Shown here one piece after another: positions 14,232-25,361 of a stretch of DNA of 62,627 nt. The DNA lies in assembly GCA_035251315.1 (NCBI GenBank), contig DATFEI010000296.1:1-62627 (forward strand), given 5' to 3'. Each line of letters begins with the position of its first letter. Position 1 is the stretch's first letter. The translations under genes and the position numbers were made by a program. Under the pieces are notes generated by a model, which was given only the letters and a program-made list of their open reading frames with translations, was not told the DNA's origin and searched no databases. Origin of the DNA: Burkholderiales bacterium. Lineage in GTDB: Bacteria > Pseudomonadota > Gammaproteobacteria > Burkholderiales > SG8-39.

Positions 14232-14360
14232 GGCGATCCATCCCTTTCGCGGTTCTTGGACCGGCTGGAAATCTGTTTTTCCACCCCAATTTAGCACAAA
14301 GGCTCGATTTCTTATACGCTGCCTGAGATTGTCCACATAATCCATTCAATTGCAAGTGAA

Positions 14361-14864
14361 ATGTCCCGTTTGAACATACTTCGCTATCCCGACGCCCGCC
14401 TGCACAAGGTGGCCGCGCCGGTCACGGTTTTTGATGACGGCCTGAAGAGGCTGGTTGCCGACATGGTGGAGACCATGCACGCCGCACCCGGTATCGGACT
14501 TGCGGCGATCCAGGTCGACGTTCCCAAGCAGGTGATCGTGGTCGATGTTTCGGAGCGGCGTGACTCCTTGGTCGTGCTGGTCAATCCGGAGATACTGGAG
14601 GCGACCGGGGTCTCCGACATTGAGGAGGGCTGCCTCTCGGTTCCCGGAATCTACGAGCTCGTCGAGCGTGCCGAGCGCGTTAAGGTGCGCGCCCACGACC
14701 AGAACGGCAATCCGTTTACGCTGGAGGCGCAGGGGCTGCTCGCGGTGTGCATTCAGCATGAAATGGATCATCTGAAAGGTAAGGTTTTCGTCGAGCATCT
14801 CTCGCAGCTCAAGCAGCAGCGCATCCGCGCCAAGCTCGCCAAGCAGCTGCGCAAGTCGGCCTGA
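14361..14864 (+). CDS. def: Peptide deformylase
   Basis: 167 aa with the three deformylase motifs [17 protein letters not shown] and QHEMDHL. Confidence 0.95.
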   Translation: MSRLNILRYPDARLHKVAAPVTVFDDGLKRLVADMVETMHAAPGIGLAAIQVDVPKQVIVVDVSERRDSLVVLVNPEILEATGVSDIEEGCLSVPGIYELVERAERVKVRAHDQNGNPFTLEAQGLLAVCIQHEMDHLKGKVFVEHLSQLKQQRIRAKLAKQLRKSA

Positions 14865-14877
14865 CCGTCTCGCTTTC

Positions 14878-15798
14878 CTGCGCCTAGTCTTCGCTGGCAC
14901 GCCGGAATTCGCTGAGCGAGTGCTCACTGGCCTCGTAAGCGCAAGCCACGAGGTGGTGCTTGTTCTTACGCAGCCCGATCGGCCGGCCGGCCGCGGCCTG
15001 CATCCCATAGCGAGCCGGGTGAAGAGCTTCGCGGCGGCGCAGCAAATCCCCGTTCTTCAGCCGTCGAGCCTTAAGGGGGCGGTCGAGCTCGAAAGGGTGC
15101 GCGCCCTACGCCCGGACGCAATCGTAGTTGCCGCGTACGGCTTAATTCTTCCCCCGACGCTTTTCGACGCTTCACGCTACGGCGCGCTTAACGTCCACGC
15201 CTCGCTCTTGCCGCGTTGGCGGGGCGCGGCGCCCATTCAACGCGCCCTGCTTGCCGGCGACGCGGAAACCGGGGTTTCCATCATGCAGATGGATGCGGGC
15301 CTCGATACCGGTGCTGTGCTGCTACAGCGGCGGATCGCGATCGCACCCGACGATGACGCGGGTACCTTGCGTGACAAGCTAGCTGCGCTCGGTGCCGACG
15401 CGATGGTGGCTGCACTCGCCGACATCGAAGCCGGGCGGGCACGGGCCACCCCGCAGCCGGAGAAAGGAGTCACGTACGCTCCTAAAGTGAGCAGGGCCGA
15501 AGCCCGGCTTGACTGGGCGCGGCCGGCCCGCGATCTCGAGCGCGCCATACGTGCCTTTCGGCCTGCCCCCGGTGCGTTCGCGTTGCTGGGCGGCGAGCCG
15601 GTGAAAATCTGGCGCGCCGAGGTATTCGACGCCACAGGCGAACCCGGAACGCTGCATCTCGTAGGAGGCAAGCTAGTCGCCGCGTGCGGCGAGCAGGCCC
15701 TCGCCATATTGGAGCTGCAACGCGCGGGGGGGCGGGCGCTGGGCGCAGCCGAATTTCTGCGCGGCCGGCCCCTGCCTCCCGACGCCCGCTTTGCTTGA
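14878..15798 (+). CDS. fmt: Methionyl-tRNA formyltransferase (putative CTG start at 14878; first canonical start is GTG 14920)
   Basis: The frame upstream of the ORF-track start encodes (L)RLVFAGTPEFAER, the canonical Fmt N-terminal beta1 motif. Downstream motifs are QPDRPAGRG and HASLLPRWRGAAPIQ. Lies 14 nt after the def stop. Confidence 0.9.
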   Translation: MRLVFAGTPEFAERVLTGLVSASHEVVLVLTQPDRPAGRGLHPIASRVKSFAAAQQIPVLQPSSLKGAVELERVRALRPDAIVVAAYGLILPPTLFDASRYGALNVHASLLPRWRGAAPIQRALLAGDAETGVSIMQMDAGLDTGAVLLQRRIAIAPDDDAGTLRDKLAALGADAMVAALADIEAGRARATPQPEKGVTYAPKVSRAEARLDWARPARDLERAIRAFRPAPGAFALLGGEPVKIWRAEVFDATGEPGTLHLVGGKLVAACGEQALAILELQRAGGRALGAAEFLRGRPLPPDARFA

Positions 15799-17075
15799 TC
15801 GCTCTCGCGACCGCGCTGCGCGACTCGGCAATGATCGTCGCGCGCGTCGCCGGCGGCGCGAGCCTTGCCACGGAATTCGAGCGCTTCGCTGACGAAGGGG
15901 CCACGACGCCGCGCGCGACGCTGATCGATCTCACCCACGGCACGTTGCGGCGCTATGGACGCGCGCAAGCGATCGTGCGGGAGCTGTCTCACCGAGGGCG
16001 CGGCGACGCGACAGTCGAGGCGCTGCTCTGGTGCTCACTCTACGCGCTTGAGTCGCGCCGCTACGCCGACTACACCGTCGTCGATCAGGCGGTACGCGCC
16101 TGCGGCGCCTTGGAACGCTGGAGCGCCAAGGGCTACGTCAACGCGCTGCTCCGGGGCTACCTGCGGGAGCGCGCGTCCCTCGAAGCACGCATCCAAGCGG
16201 ATCCGGAAGCGCGGCATCAGCACCCGCGGTGGTGGATCGAGTGCGTGCGTCATGCGTACCCGGCGCAATGGAGCGCGGTGCTTGCCGCCGGAAACATGCA
16301 TCCGCCGATGTGCCTGCGGGTAAACCGGCGTCGCTCGTCCGTCGACGAATACGAGCACCGACTGAAAGGGGCCGGCATAGGTTCGCATCGCGTGGAGGAT
16401 CAGGGTCTGCTGCTCGAGCGTCCGGTGCCCGTCGAGCGGCTGCCTGGGTTCGCCTGCGGTGACGTCTCGGTGCAAGATGCAGGCGCCCAGCGCGCGGGCC
16501 GCTGTCTTGACCTTGCCGCCGGCCAGCGCGTGCTCGACGCTTGCGCCGCGCCGGGAGGCAAAGCGGGCCATATCGCCGAGACGGCGGATGTGGAGCTCAC
16601 CGCGCTGGAAGTCGATGCCGAGCGCTGCGCGCGACTCGAACGAAACCTTGCGCGTCTTGGATTCGCCGCGCGCGTCGCCAACGCGGACTGCACGCGGCCG
16701 AGTGAGTGGTGGAACGGCGTGCCGTTCGATCGGGTGCTCGCCGACGTTCCGTGCTCCGGCTCGGGCGTGGTGCGGCGGCATCCGGACATCAAGTGGCTGC
16801 GGCGCAGCGCTGACATTGCGCAGTTCGCAGGACGCCAGGCCACGATCTTGGACGCGCTTTGGCAGGTGCTTCGTCCCGATGGTAAATTGCTGTATGCCAC
16901 CTGCTCGGTGTTTCCGCAGGAGAACGACGCGGTGATCGACGCGTTCATCGCACGCCAGCGCGCGGCAGGCGCTCGCGCCATTCGCCTGCCGCTTCCGGAT
17001 GGCGGCGCGCCGCAGGGGCTGCCCGACGCTGGGCGCGATGGCTTCTATTACGCGCTGATCCAGAAGCAATCCTGA
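15795..17075 (+). CDS. rsmB: 16S rRNA (cytosine967-C5)-methyltransferase RsmB
   Basis: SAM-MTase motifs VLDACAAPGGKAGHI, DRVLADVPCSGSGVVRRHPDIKW and LLYATCSVFPQEND. The ORF-track start 15684 lies inside fmt. TTG at 15795 overlaps the fmt stop (TTGA); ATG at 15831 is the alternative. Confidence 0.85.
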   Translation: MIALATALRDSAMIVARVAGGASLATEFERFADEGATTPRATLIDLTHGTLRRYGRAQAIVRELSHRGRGDATVEALLWCSLYALESRRYADYTVVDQAVRACGALERWSAKGYVNALLRGYLRERASLEARIQADPEARHQHPRWWIECVRHAYPAQWSAVLAAGNMHPPMCLRVNRRRSSVDEYEHRLKGAGIGSHRVEDQGLLLERPVPVERLPGFACGDVSVQDAGAQRAGRCLDLAAGQRVLDACAAPGGKAGHIAETADVELTALEVDAERCARLERNLARLGFAARVANADCTRPSEWWNGVPFDRVLADVPCSGSGVVRRHPDIKWLRRSADIAQFAGRQATILDALWQVLRPDGKLLYATCSVFPQENDAVIDAFIARQRAAGARAIRLPLPDGGAPQGLPDAGRDGFYYALIQKQS

Positions 17076-17086
17076 CGCGACGCGCG

Positions 17087-17650
17087 ATGCGCCGCATCGC
17101 CCCAGTCAGCGTGATCTTCGGCGGACTCCTGCTGCTGCTTGCCGCGGCTCCCGCGCAGGCGGAGGAAATCGAGGTGCGGGAGGTCGCGCTGCGCCGCGTC
17201 GACGAGGGTCTGTCGCTCGATGTGGACTTCGGCGTCGAGCTGACGCCTCGCCTCGCGGATATTGTGGCAAACGGCGTCCCGCTGTACTTCAGCGTCGAAT
17301 TCGAGCTCACGCGGCGGCGCTGGTACTGGTTCGACGAGACCGCCGCTTCACAGCGGCTGAGCCTGCGGCTGTCCTATCATGCGTTGTCGCGGCAGTACCG
17401 CCTGTCGACGGGCCTGCTGCAGCAGAGCTTCCCCACGCTCGAGGAGGCGCTCAACGTGCTCAGCCGCGTGCGTAACTGGGTGGTCGTTGACCGCAAAGTC
17501 CGCCTTTCGGACGCGGACTACGAGGCGGCAGTGCGCATGCGCCTCGATACCGCCCTGCTTCCCAAGCCGTTCCAGCTTTCGGCACTTACCGGCCGCGACC
17601 TCCATCTGGAGTCGCCTTGGAAGCGTTTTATTGTGCGGGCGCCGCGATGA
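17087..17650 (+). CDS. DUF4390 domain protein, secreted
   Basis: 187 aa. Signal peptide MRRIAPVSVIFGGLLLLLAAAPAQA. The WYWFDE / SRQYRLS type sequence is what I recall for DUF4390. Its stop overlaps the ntrY ATG (ATGA at 17647-17650). Confidence 0.6.
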   Translation: MRRIAPVSVIFGGLLLLLAAAPAQAEEIEVREVALRRVDEGLSLDVDFGVELTPRLADIVANGVPLYFSVEFELTRRRWYWFDETAASQRLSLRLSYHALSRQYRLSTGLLQQSFPTLEEALNVLSRVRNWVVVDRKVRLSDADYEAAVRMRLDTALLPKPFQLSALTGRDLHLESPWKRFIVRAPR

Positions 17651-19713
17651 AATGGCTCGTCATGATCGGCGGGGCGGTTGCAGCAGTAGGGCTTTTCCTG
17701 CTCGCCACCGCGAGCGCGGACACCACGCTCTTCGCGCGCCACTATCCGCTGCTCCTCGGGCTGAATGCTGCGCTTGCCGGGTTGCTCGCCGCCTTGGTGG
17801 CGACCCAGCTCGTACTGCTTGCGCGGGGACTGCGCGCGCGGGTGTTTGGCGCTCGTCTTACGCTGCGCCTGCTCGCGCGCTTCGCTGCGCTCGCCGTGGT
17901 GCCCGGGCTGATTGTCTACGCGGTTTCGGTGCAATTTCTGACGCGCTCCATCGAGTCATGGTTCGACGTCAAGGTCGACGCAGCGCTGGAGGGAGGCATC
18001 AACCTCGGGCAGCAGGTCATCGAGCAGATGACGCGCGACCTTCAGAGCAAGGCGAACGCGATGGCAATCGAGCTCGCGGAGCGCTCTCCGGCACAGCTCG
18101 CCGTTCAGCTCGAGCGCCTGCGCGGCCAACTCGGCGTCGAGGAGGTCGTCGTGGTCACTGGCACCGGCAGGCTGCTGGCAGCCGCGGTGCAGGATGTTGC
18201 GAAGCTCGTGCCCGAGCTTCCCACGGGGCATGCGCTGCGCCAGGCGCGGCTTACCCGGGCCTACAGCGCCGTGGATGCAGGCGTCGGCCGGCCGCTGGCC
18301 CTGCGCGTCGTCGTGCCGCTCGACCTGCCCGGCGAGGCGCGCTTCCTGCAACTGCGGCAAACCGTGCCGGCATCGTTCGCGCGCAGCGCCGAGGCCGTCG
18401 AAGCTGCCTACCGCGACTACCGCGAGCTCGCAATCTCGCGCGACGGACTGAAGCGGATTTACATCGTTACGCTGACCTTCGCGCTGCTGATGGCGCTGTT
18501 TGTCGCGGTCGCGGCGGCGGCGACCCAGTCGGGCCTGCTTGCCCAGCCACTCGCGAATCTCGCGCAGGCGACCCAGGCGGTGGCGCGCGGCGATTTCTCG
18601 CGCCGCGCTCCGGTCACCAGCCGCGACGAACTCGGCGTTCTCACCGAATCGTTCAACTCGATGACACGGCAGCTGGAGGACGCGCGCCGCGGCGTCGAGT
18701 TGAACCGGCTCGCGCTCGAGGCCGCGAAAGCGCGGCTCGAGAACATCCTCGCCAACATGTCGGCCGGAGTGCTCGTGTTCGACCACGAGCTCTCGTTGTC
18801 GCTCTCCAACCACGGCGCCTCGGCGATCCTGGGCGCAGAGCTCCACTCGTTTGTCGCGCATATGCGCAGCCACTTCGTGGAGCACGAAGAGGCCGACTGG
18901 CAGCTCGAGCTTCAGCTCAAGGGCACGAGCAAGACGCTGCACGCGCGCGGCGCGCGGCTGCCGCGGGCAACCGGCGGCGGCGCCGTGGTCGTGTTCGACG
19001 ACATCACGCGGCTGATCCAGGCGCAGCGCGCCACCGCGTGGGCCGAGGTGGCGCGCCGTCTCGCGCACGAGATCAAGAACCCGCTCACGCCGATCCAGCT
19101 ATCGGCCGAGCGCCTCGAAATGAAGCTCGCAGACCGGCTGCCCCGCGAAGACGCGGAGACCCTGCGGCGCTCGATCGAGACGATCGTCCATCAGGTCGCG
19201 GCGCTGAAGGCGATGGTCGATGATTTCCGCGACTACGCGCGCCTGCCGGCGCCCGAGCTCAAGCCGCTTGACTTGAACGGCCTGGTGCGCCAAGTGCTCG
19301 CCCTGTACGAGAATTCCTCCGTGCCGATCGCCAAGCACCTCGCCGAACCGCTGCCGCCCGTGTGGGCCGACGGCGCGCAGATTCGGCAGGTGATCCACAA
19401 TCTGGTGCAGAACGCGCAGGACGCGCTTGAGAACCGCGCTGCGCGCGGCGCGAGCCCGGCCATCGAGGTGCGCACCGAGCTTGCCGGCGACCGCGTGAGA
19501 CTGGCGGTGTCGGACAACGGCGGCGGCTTCCCCGAGGAGCTGATGGCGCGCATCTTCGAGCCTTACGTCACCACCAAGCCGCGCGGCACTGGCCTTGGTC
19601 TTGCTATCGTGAAGAAGATCGTCGACGAGCATCACGGCGCCGTGACCATCGAGAACCGGCCGGCGAGCGGCGCATCGGTGAGCGTGCTGCTGCCGCTCGC
19701 GAAGGCGGCGTAG
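17647..19713 (+). CDS. ntrY: NtrY-like sensor histidine kinase (TM-HAMP-PAS-HisKA-HATPase)
   Basis: Start trimmed to MKWLVMIGG. N-terminal TM helices, an H-box HEIKNPLTPIQLSAERL, and N/G boxes (NLVQNAQDA, DNGGGF, GTGLGLAIVKKIV). Followed 3 nt later by ntrX. Confidence 0.8.
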   Translation: MKWLVMIGGAVAAVGLFLLATASADTTLFARHYPLLLGLNAALAGLLAALVATQLVLLARGLRARVFGARLTLRLLARFAALAVVPGLIVYAVSVQFLTRSIESWFDVKVDAALEGGINLGQQVIEQMTRDLQSKANAMAIELAERSPAQLAVQLERLRGQLGVEEVVVVTGTGRLLAAAVQDVAKLVPELPTGHALRQARLTRAYSAVDAGVGRPLALRVVVPLDLPGEARFLQLRQTVPASFARSAEAVEAAYRDYRELAISRDGLKRIYIVTLTFALLMALFVAVAAAATQSGLLAQPLANLAQATQAVARGDFSRRAPVTSRDELGVLTESFNSMTRQLEDARRGVELNRLALEAAKARLENILANMSAGVLVFDHELSLSLSNHGASAILGAELHSFVAHMRSHFVEHEEADWQLELQLKGTSKTLHARGARLPRATGGGAVVVFDDITRLIQAQRATAWAEVARRLAHEIKNPLTPIQLSAERLEMKLADRLPREDAETLRRSIETIVHQVAALKAMVDDFRDYARLPAPELKPLDLNGLVRQVLALYENSSVPIAKHLAEPLPPVWADGAQIRQVIHNLVQNAQDALENRAARGASPAIEVRTELAGDRVRLAVSDNGGGFPEELMARIFEPYVTTKPRGTGLGLAIVKKIVDEHHGAVTIENRPASGASVSVLLPLAKAA

Positions 19714-19716
19714 ACC

Positions 19717-20964
19717 ATGGCGCACATCCTGGTCGTCGACGACGAGATCGGAATCCGGGAGCTCCTGTCGGAAATCCTGGCCGATGAGGGCCACCAGGTG
19801 GTGCTGGCGGAGAGTGCGAGTGATGCGCGGCGGCTGCGCGAGCGCGCCCGCCCCGACCTCGTGTTGCTGGACATCTGGATGCCGGACGCCGACGGCATCA
19901 CGCTGCTCAAGGAGTGGGCTGCGAGCGGCCAGCTGACCATGCCGGTGGTGATGATGTCCGGGCATGCCACGATCGAGACCGCTGTCGAGGCGACGCGTAT
20001 CGGCGCGCTCGACTTCCTTGAGAAGCCGATCGCCCTGCAGCGCCTGCTCGCCACGGTAAAGCGCGCGCTGCGCAACCCTGAGAGCGCGGCGACACCGGAG
20101 TTTTCCATCGCCGCGCTCGGGCGCTCGCCGGCGCTCGCCGAAGCGAAGAAGCGGCTGGCGCAGCTCGCCGGCTCGGGAGCGCCGCTGCTCTTGCGCGGCG
20201 AACGCGGCATGCGCGCGGAGCTCTTCGCCCGCATGCTCGCCGCCCCGGGAACTCCGTTTCTCGCCGGCGGCGAGGTGCTGTCGCAGCCGCCCTCCGAGCT
20301 GCTCGCAAAAGGGGCCGGCGGCGTGGTTTTCATCCCGGACCTCAGCCGCCTCGGCCATGCCGAGCAGCGCAACCTCGAGTTCCTGCTGCCGCGGGCTGAG
20401 AAGCACCGCGTGCGCTTGGTGTCGTTCTCGCCTTTCGACGTGCGTACCCTGGCGGAGAAGTGCGACTTCGATCCGGAACTCGGTGCGCGGCTCGGCGAGC
20501 TGACCCTTAAGTTGCCCTCGGTGCGCGACTTCGGCGAGGACGTGCCCGATCTGGCGTCGCGGATGCTGGTGCAGCTGGTGGAGGCGCGCGCCTGTCCGCC
20601 ACGGCGCTTCGCCATCGCGGCGTTGAACGCGCTGCGCCACCACGGCTGGCCCGGGAACCTTGCCGAGCTCGAAAGCGTGGTGAAGGACCTCGCGCTGAGC
20701 TCGCTCGAGGAGGAAATTCAGCTCGAGGACGTCACGCGCGTGCTCAGCGCACGCGCCGCGCCGGGTACGCTGCCCGAGGTGGCGTTCGACCGCCCCTATC
20801 GCGAGGCGCGCGAAGCATTCGAGCGGGTGTATTTTGAGCACCTGCTCGCGCGCGAGAACGGCAGCATGTCGCGCGTCGCGGACCGCTCGGGCCTCGAACG
20901 CACCCATCTGTATCGCAAGCTCAAGGCGCTCGGCCTGCCGGTCGGCCGGCGCGAAGAGAGCTAG
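19717..20964 (+). CDS. ntrX: NtrX-like response regulator (receiver + degenerate AAA+ + Fis-type HTH)
   Basis: 415 aa. Receiver domain with DDE...[20 protein letters not shown], and C-terminal [27 protein letters not shown]. The Walker A and B equivalents are degenerate (see finding). Confidence 0.75.
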   Translation: MAHILVVDDEIGIRELLSEILADEGHQVVLAESASDARRLRERARPDLVLLDIWMPDADGITLLKEWAASGQLTMPVVMMSGHATIETAVEATRIGALDFLEKPIALQRLLATVKRALRNPESAATPEFSIAALGRSPALAEAKKRLAQLAGSGAPLLLRGERGMRAELFARMLAAPGTPFLAGGEVLSQPPSELLAKGAGGVVFIPDLSRLGHAEQRNLEFLLPRAEKHRVRLVSFSPFDVRTLAEKCDFDPELGARLGELTLKLPSVRDFGEDVPDLASRMLVQLVEARACPPRRFAIAALNALRHHGWPGNLAELESVVKDLALSSLEEEIQLEDVTRVLSARAAPGTLPEVAFDRPYREAREAFERVYFEHLLARENGSMSRVADRSGLERTHLYRKLKALGLPVGRREES

Positions 20965-21071
20965 CGAAGTACGCTAGGGTTCTTGGGCTTGGGCTGGCGA
21001 TGCGGCCGCTTCTTGCCGTAGCTGCCGCGATAGATCTTGCCGCGCCGCGTGCGTTTGTCACCTTTCCCCAT
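20961..21071 (-). CDS. 30S ribosomal protein THX (bTHX), 36 aa, not in the ORF track
   Basis: Hand translation gives [36 protein letters not shown], nearly identical in its first 25 residues to Thermus Thx as I recall it ([25 protein letters not shown]). Starts 8 nt after the metH stop. Its TAG stop shares CTAG with the convergent ntrX stop. Confidence 0.75.
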   Translation of the reverse strand: MGKGDKRTRRGKIYRGSYGKKRPHRQPKPKNPSVLR

Positions 21072-21079
21072 GCAGCCGA

Positions 21080-24769
<3,690 letters not shown>

Positions 24770-24780
24770 GTCTGAAAGCG

Positions 24781-24850
24781 AAAAAGCCCGCTCGGCTTGC
24801 AGAGAACGGGCTTCGGGCGCGCCTCTTTAGCGGTATTTGTAACGCGCCCG
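24781..24850 (-). promoter_or_regulatory. Structured metH leader: two adjacent hairpins, the 3' one terminator-like with a U-run
   Basis: On the minus strand: CGGGCGCG(24850-24843)/CGCGCCCG(24821-24814), then AAGCCCG(24813-24807)-N16-CGGGCTT(24790-24784) followed by TTT. The structure ends 11 nt before the metH ATG. Confidence 0.4.
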
Positions 24851-24878
24851 CAAGCTGAGCATCAAATCGGCGCGGCGC

Positions 24879-25361
24879 GTGCGATTCTGCCCATCAAGTC
24901 CTGATGTGTCAACGGCTTATAATCGATCGGTGAGCGAGTTCCCATCGATCGTGGGCCATTTTCCGTGCCAGGTGCACTGGGGTGACTGCGACCCCGCCGG
25001 AATTATTTTCTACCCAACCTATTTCCGATGGATGGACGCCGCCACCTGGGCCTTCATGGGCTCGGTCGGCTATGGGCCGAAGCGCATGCGCGAACAGCAT
25101 TTGGCGATGCCCCTGGTCGCGGCGGACTGCCAGTTCGTCGCGCCCGCCCAGCACGGCGATCGCTGCGAAGTGCGCTCGCGAATCACGCGCTTCGGCGGCG
25201 CTTCGTTCGTGGTCGCGCACGACATCGTGCGCGACGATGGCACGACGCTCGCGCAAGGCAGCGAAAAGCGGGTCTGGGGCCGTTATGCCAACGGACCCGG
25301 CACGCCTCTGAAAGGCGAGCACATCCCGGAAGAGGTCAGGGCGCTGTTTCGCGCCAGATAG
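24879..25361 (+). CDS. Hotdog-fold acyl-CoA thioesterase (4-hydroxybenzoyl-CoA thioesterase / YbgC family)
   Basis: 160 aa. VHWGDCDPAGIIFYPTYFRWMD matches the catalytic-Asp N-terminal motif of 4HBT-class thioesterases. An in-frame GTG at 24930 is an alternative start, preceded by TATAAT at 24918-24923. Confidence 0.65.
   Translation: MRFCPSSPDVSTAYNRSVSEFPSIVGHFPCQVHWGDCDPAGIIFYPTYFRWMDAATWAFMGSVGYGPKRMREQHLAMPLVAADCQFVAPAQHGDRCEVRSRITRFGGASFVVAHDIVRDDGTTLAQGSEKRVWGRYANGPGTPLKGEHIPEEVRALFRAR

Noticed and set aside
14329-14337. TTGTCCACA (8/9 DnaA box) in the LysM-def divergent spacer.
   Set aside because: It is a single isolated site with no partner boxes or AT-rich element. That is compatible with chance or an ordinary promoter context.
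17379-20907. 614-aa (+) ORF 17379-19223 and 602-aa (-) ORF 19099-20907, overlapping ntrY/ntrX.
   Set aside because: One is out of frame and the other antisense to the kinase/regulator genes, whose H-box, N/G-boxes, receiver and HTH motifs are clear. The translations are extreme Arg/Ala/Gly repeats.
24770-24878. SAH riboswitch upstream of metH, expected from knowledge of beta-proteobacterial metH/ahcY leaders.
   Set aside because: I could not match my remembered consensus to the leader (CCGAGGAGCGCUGC ... CAGGCUCGG ... AACGGCGCUCAC, with a P1/pseudoknot). It is kept only as an unclassified structured leader. A covariance-model scan is needed before naming it.
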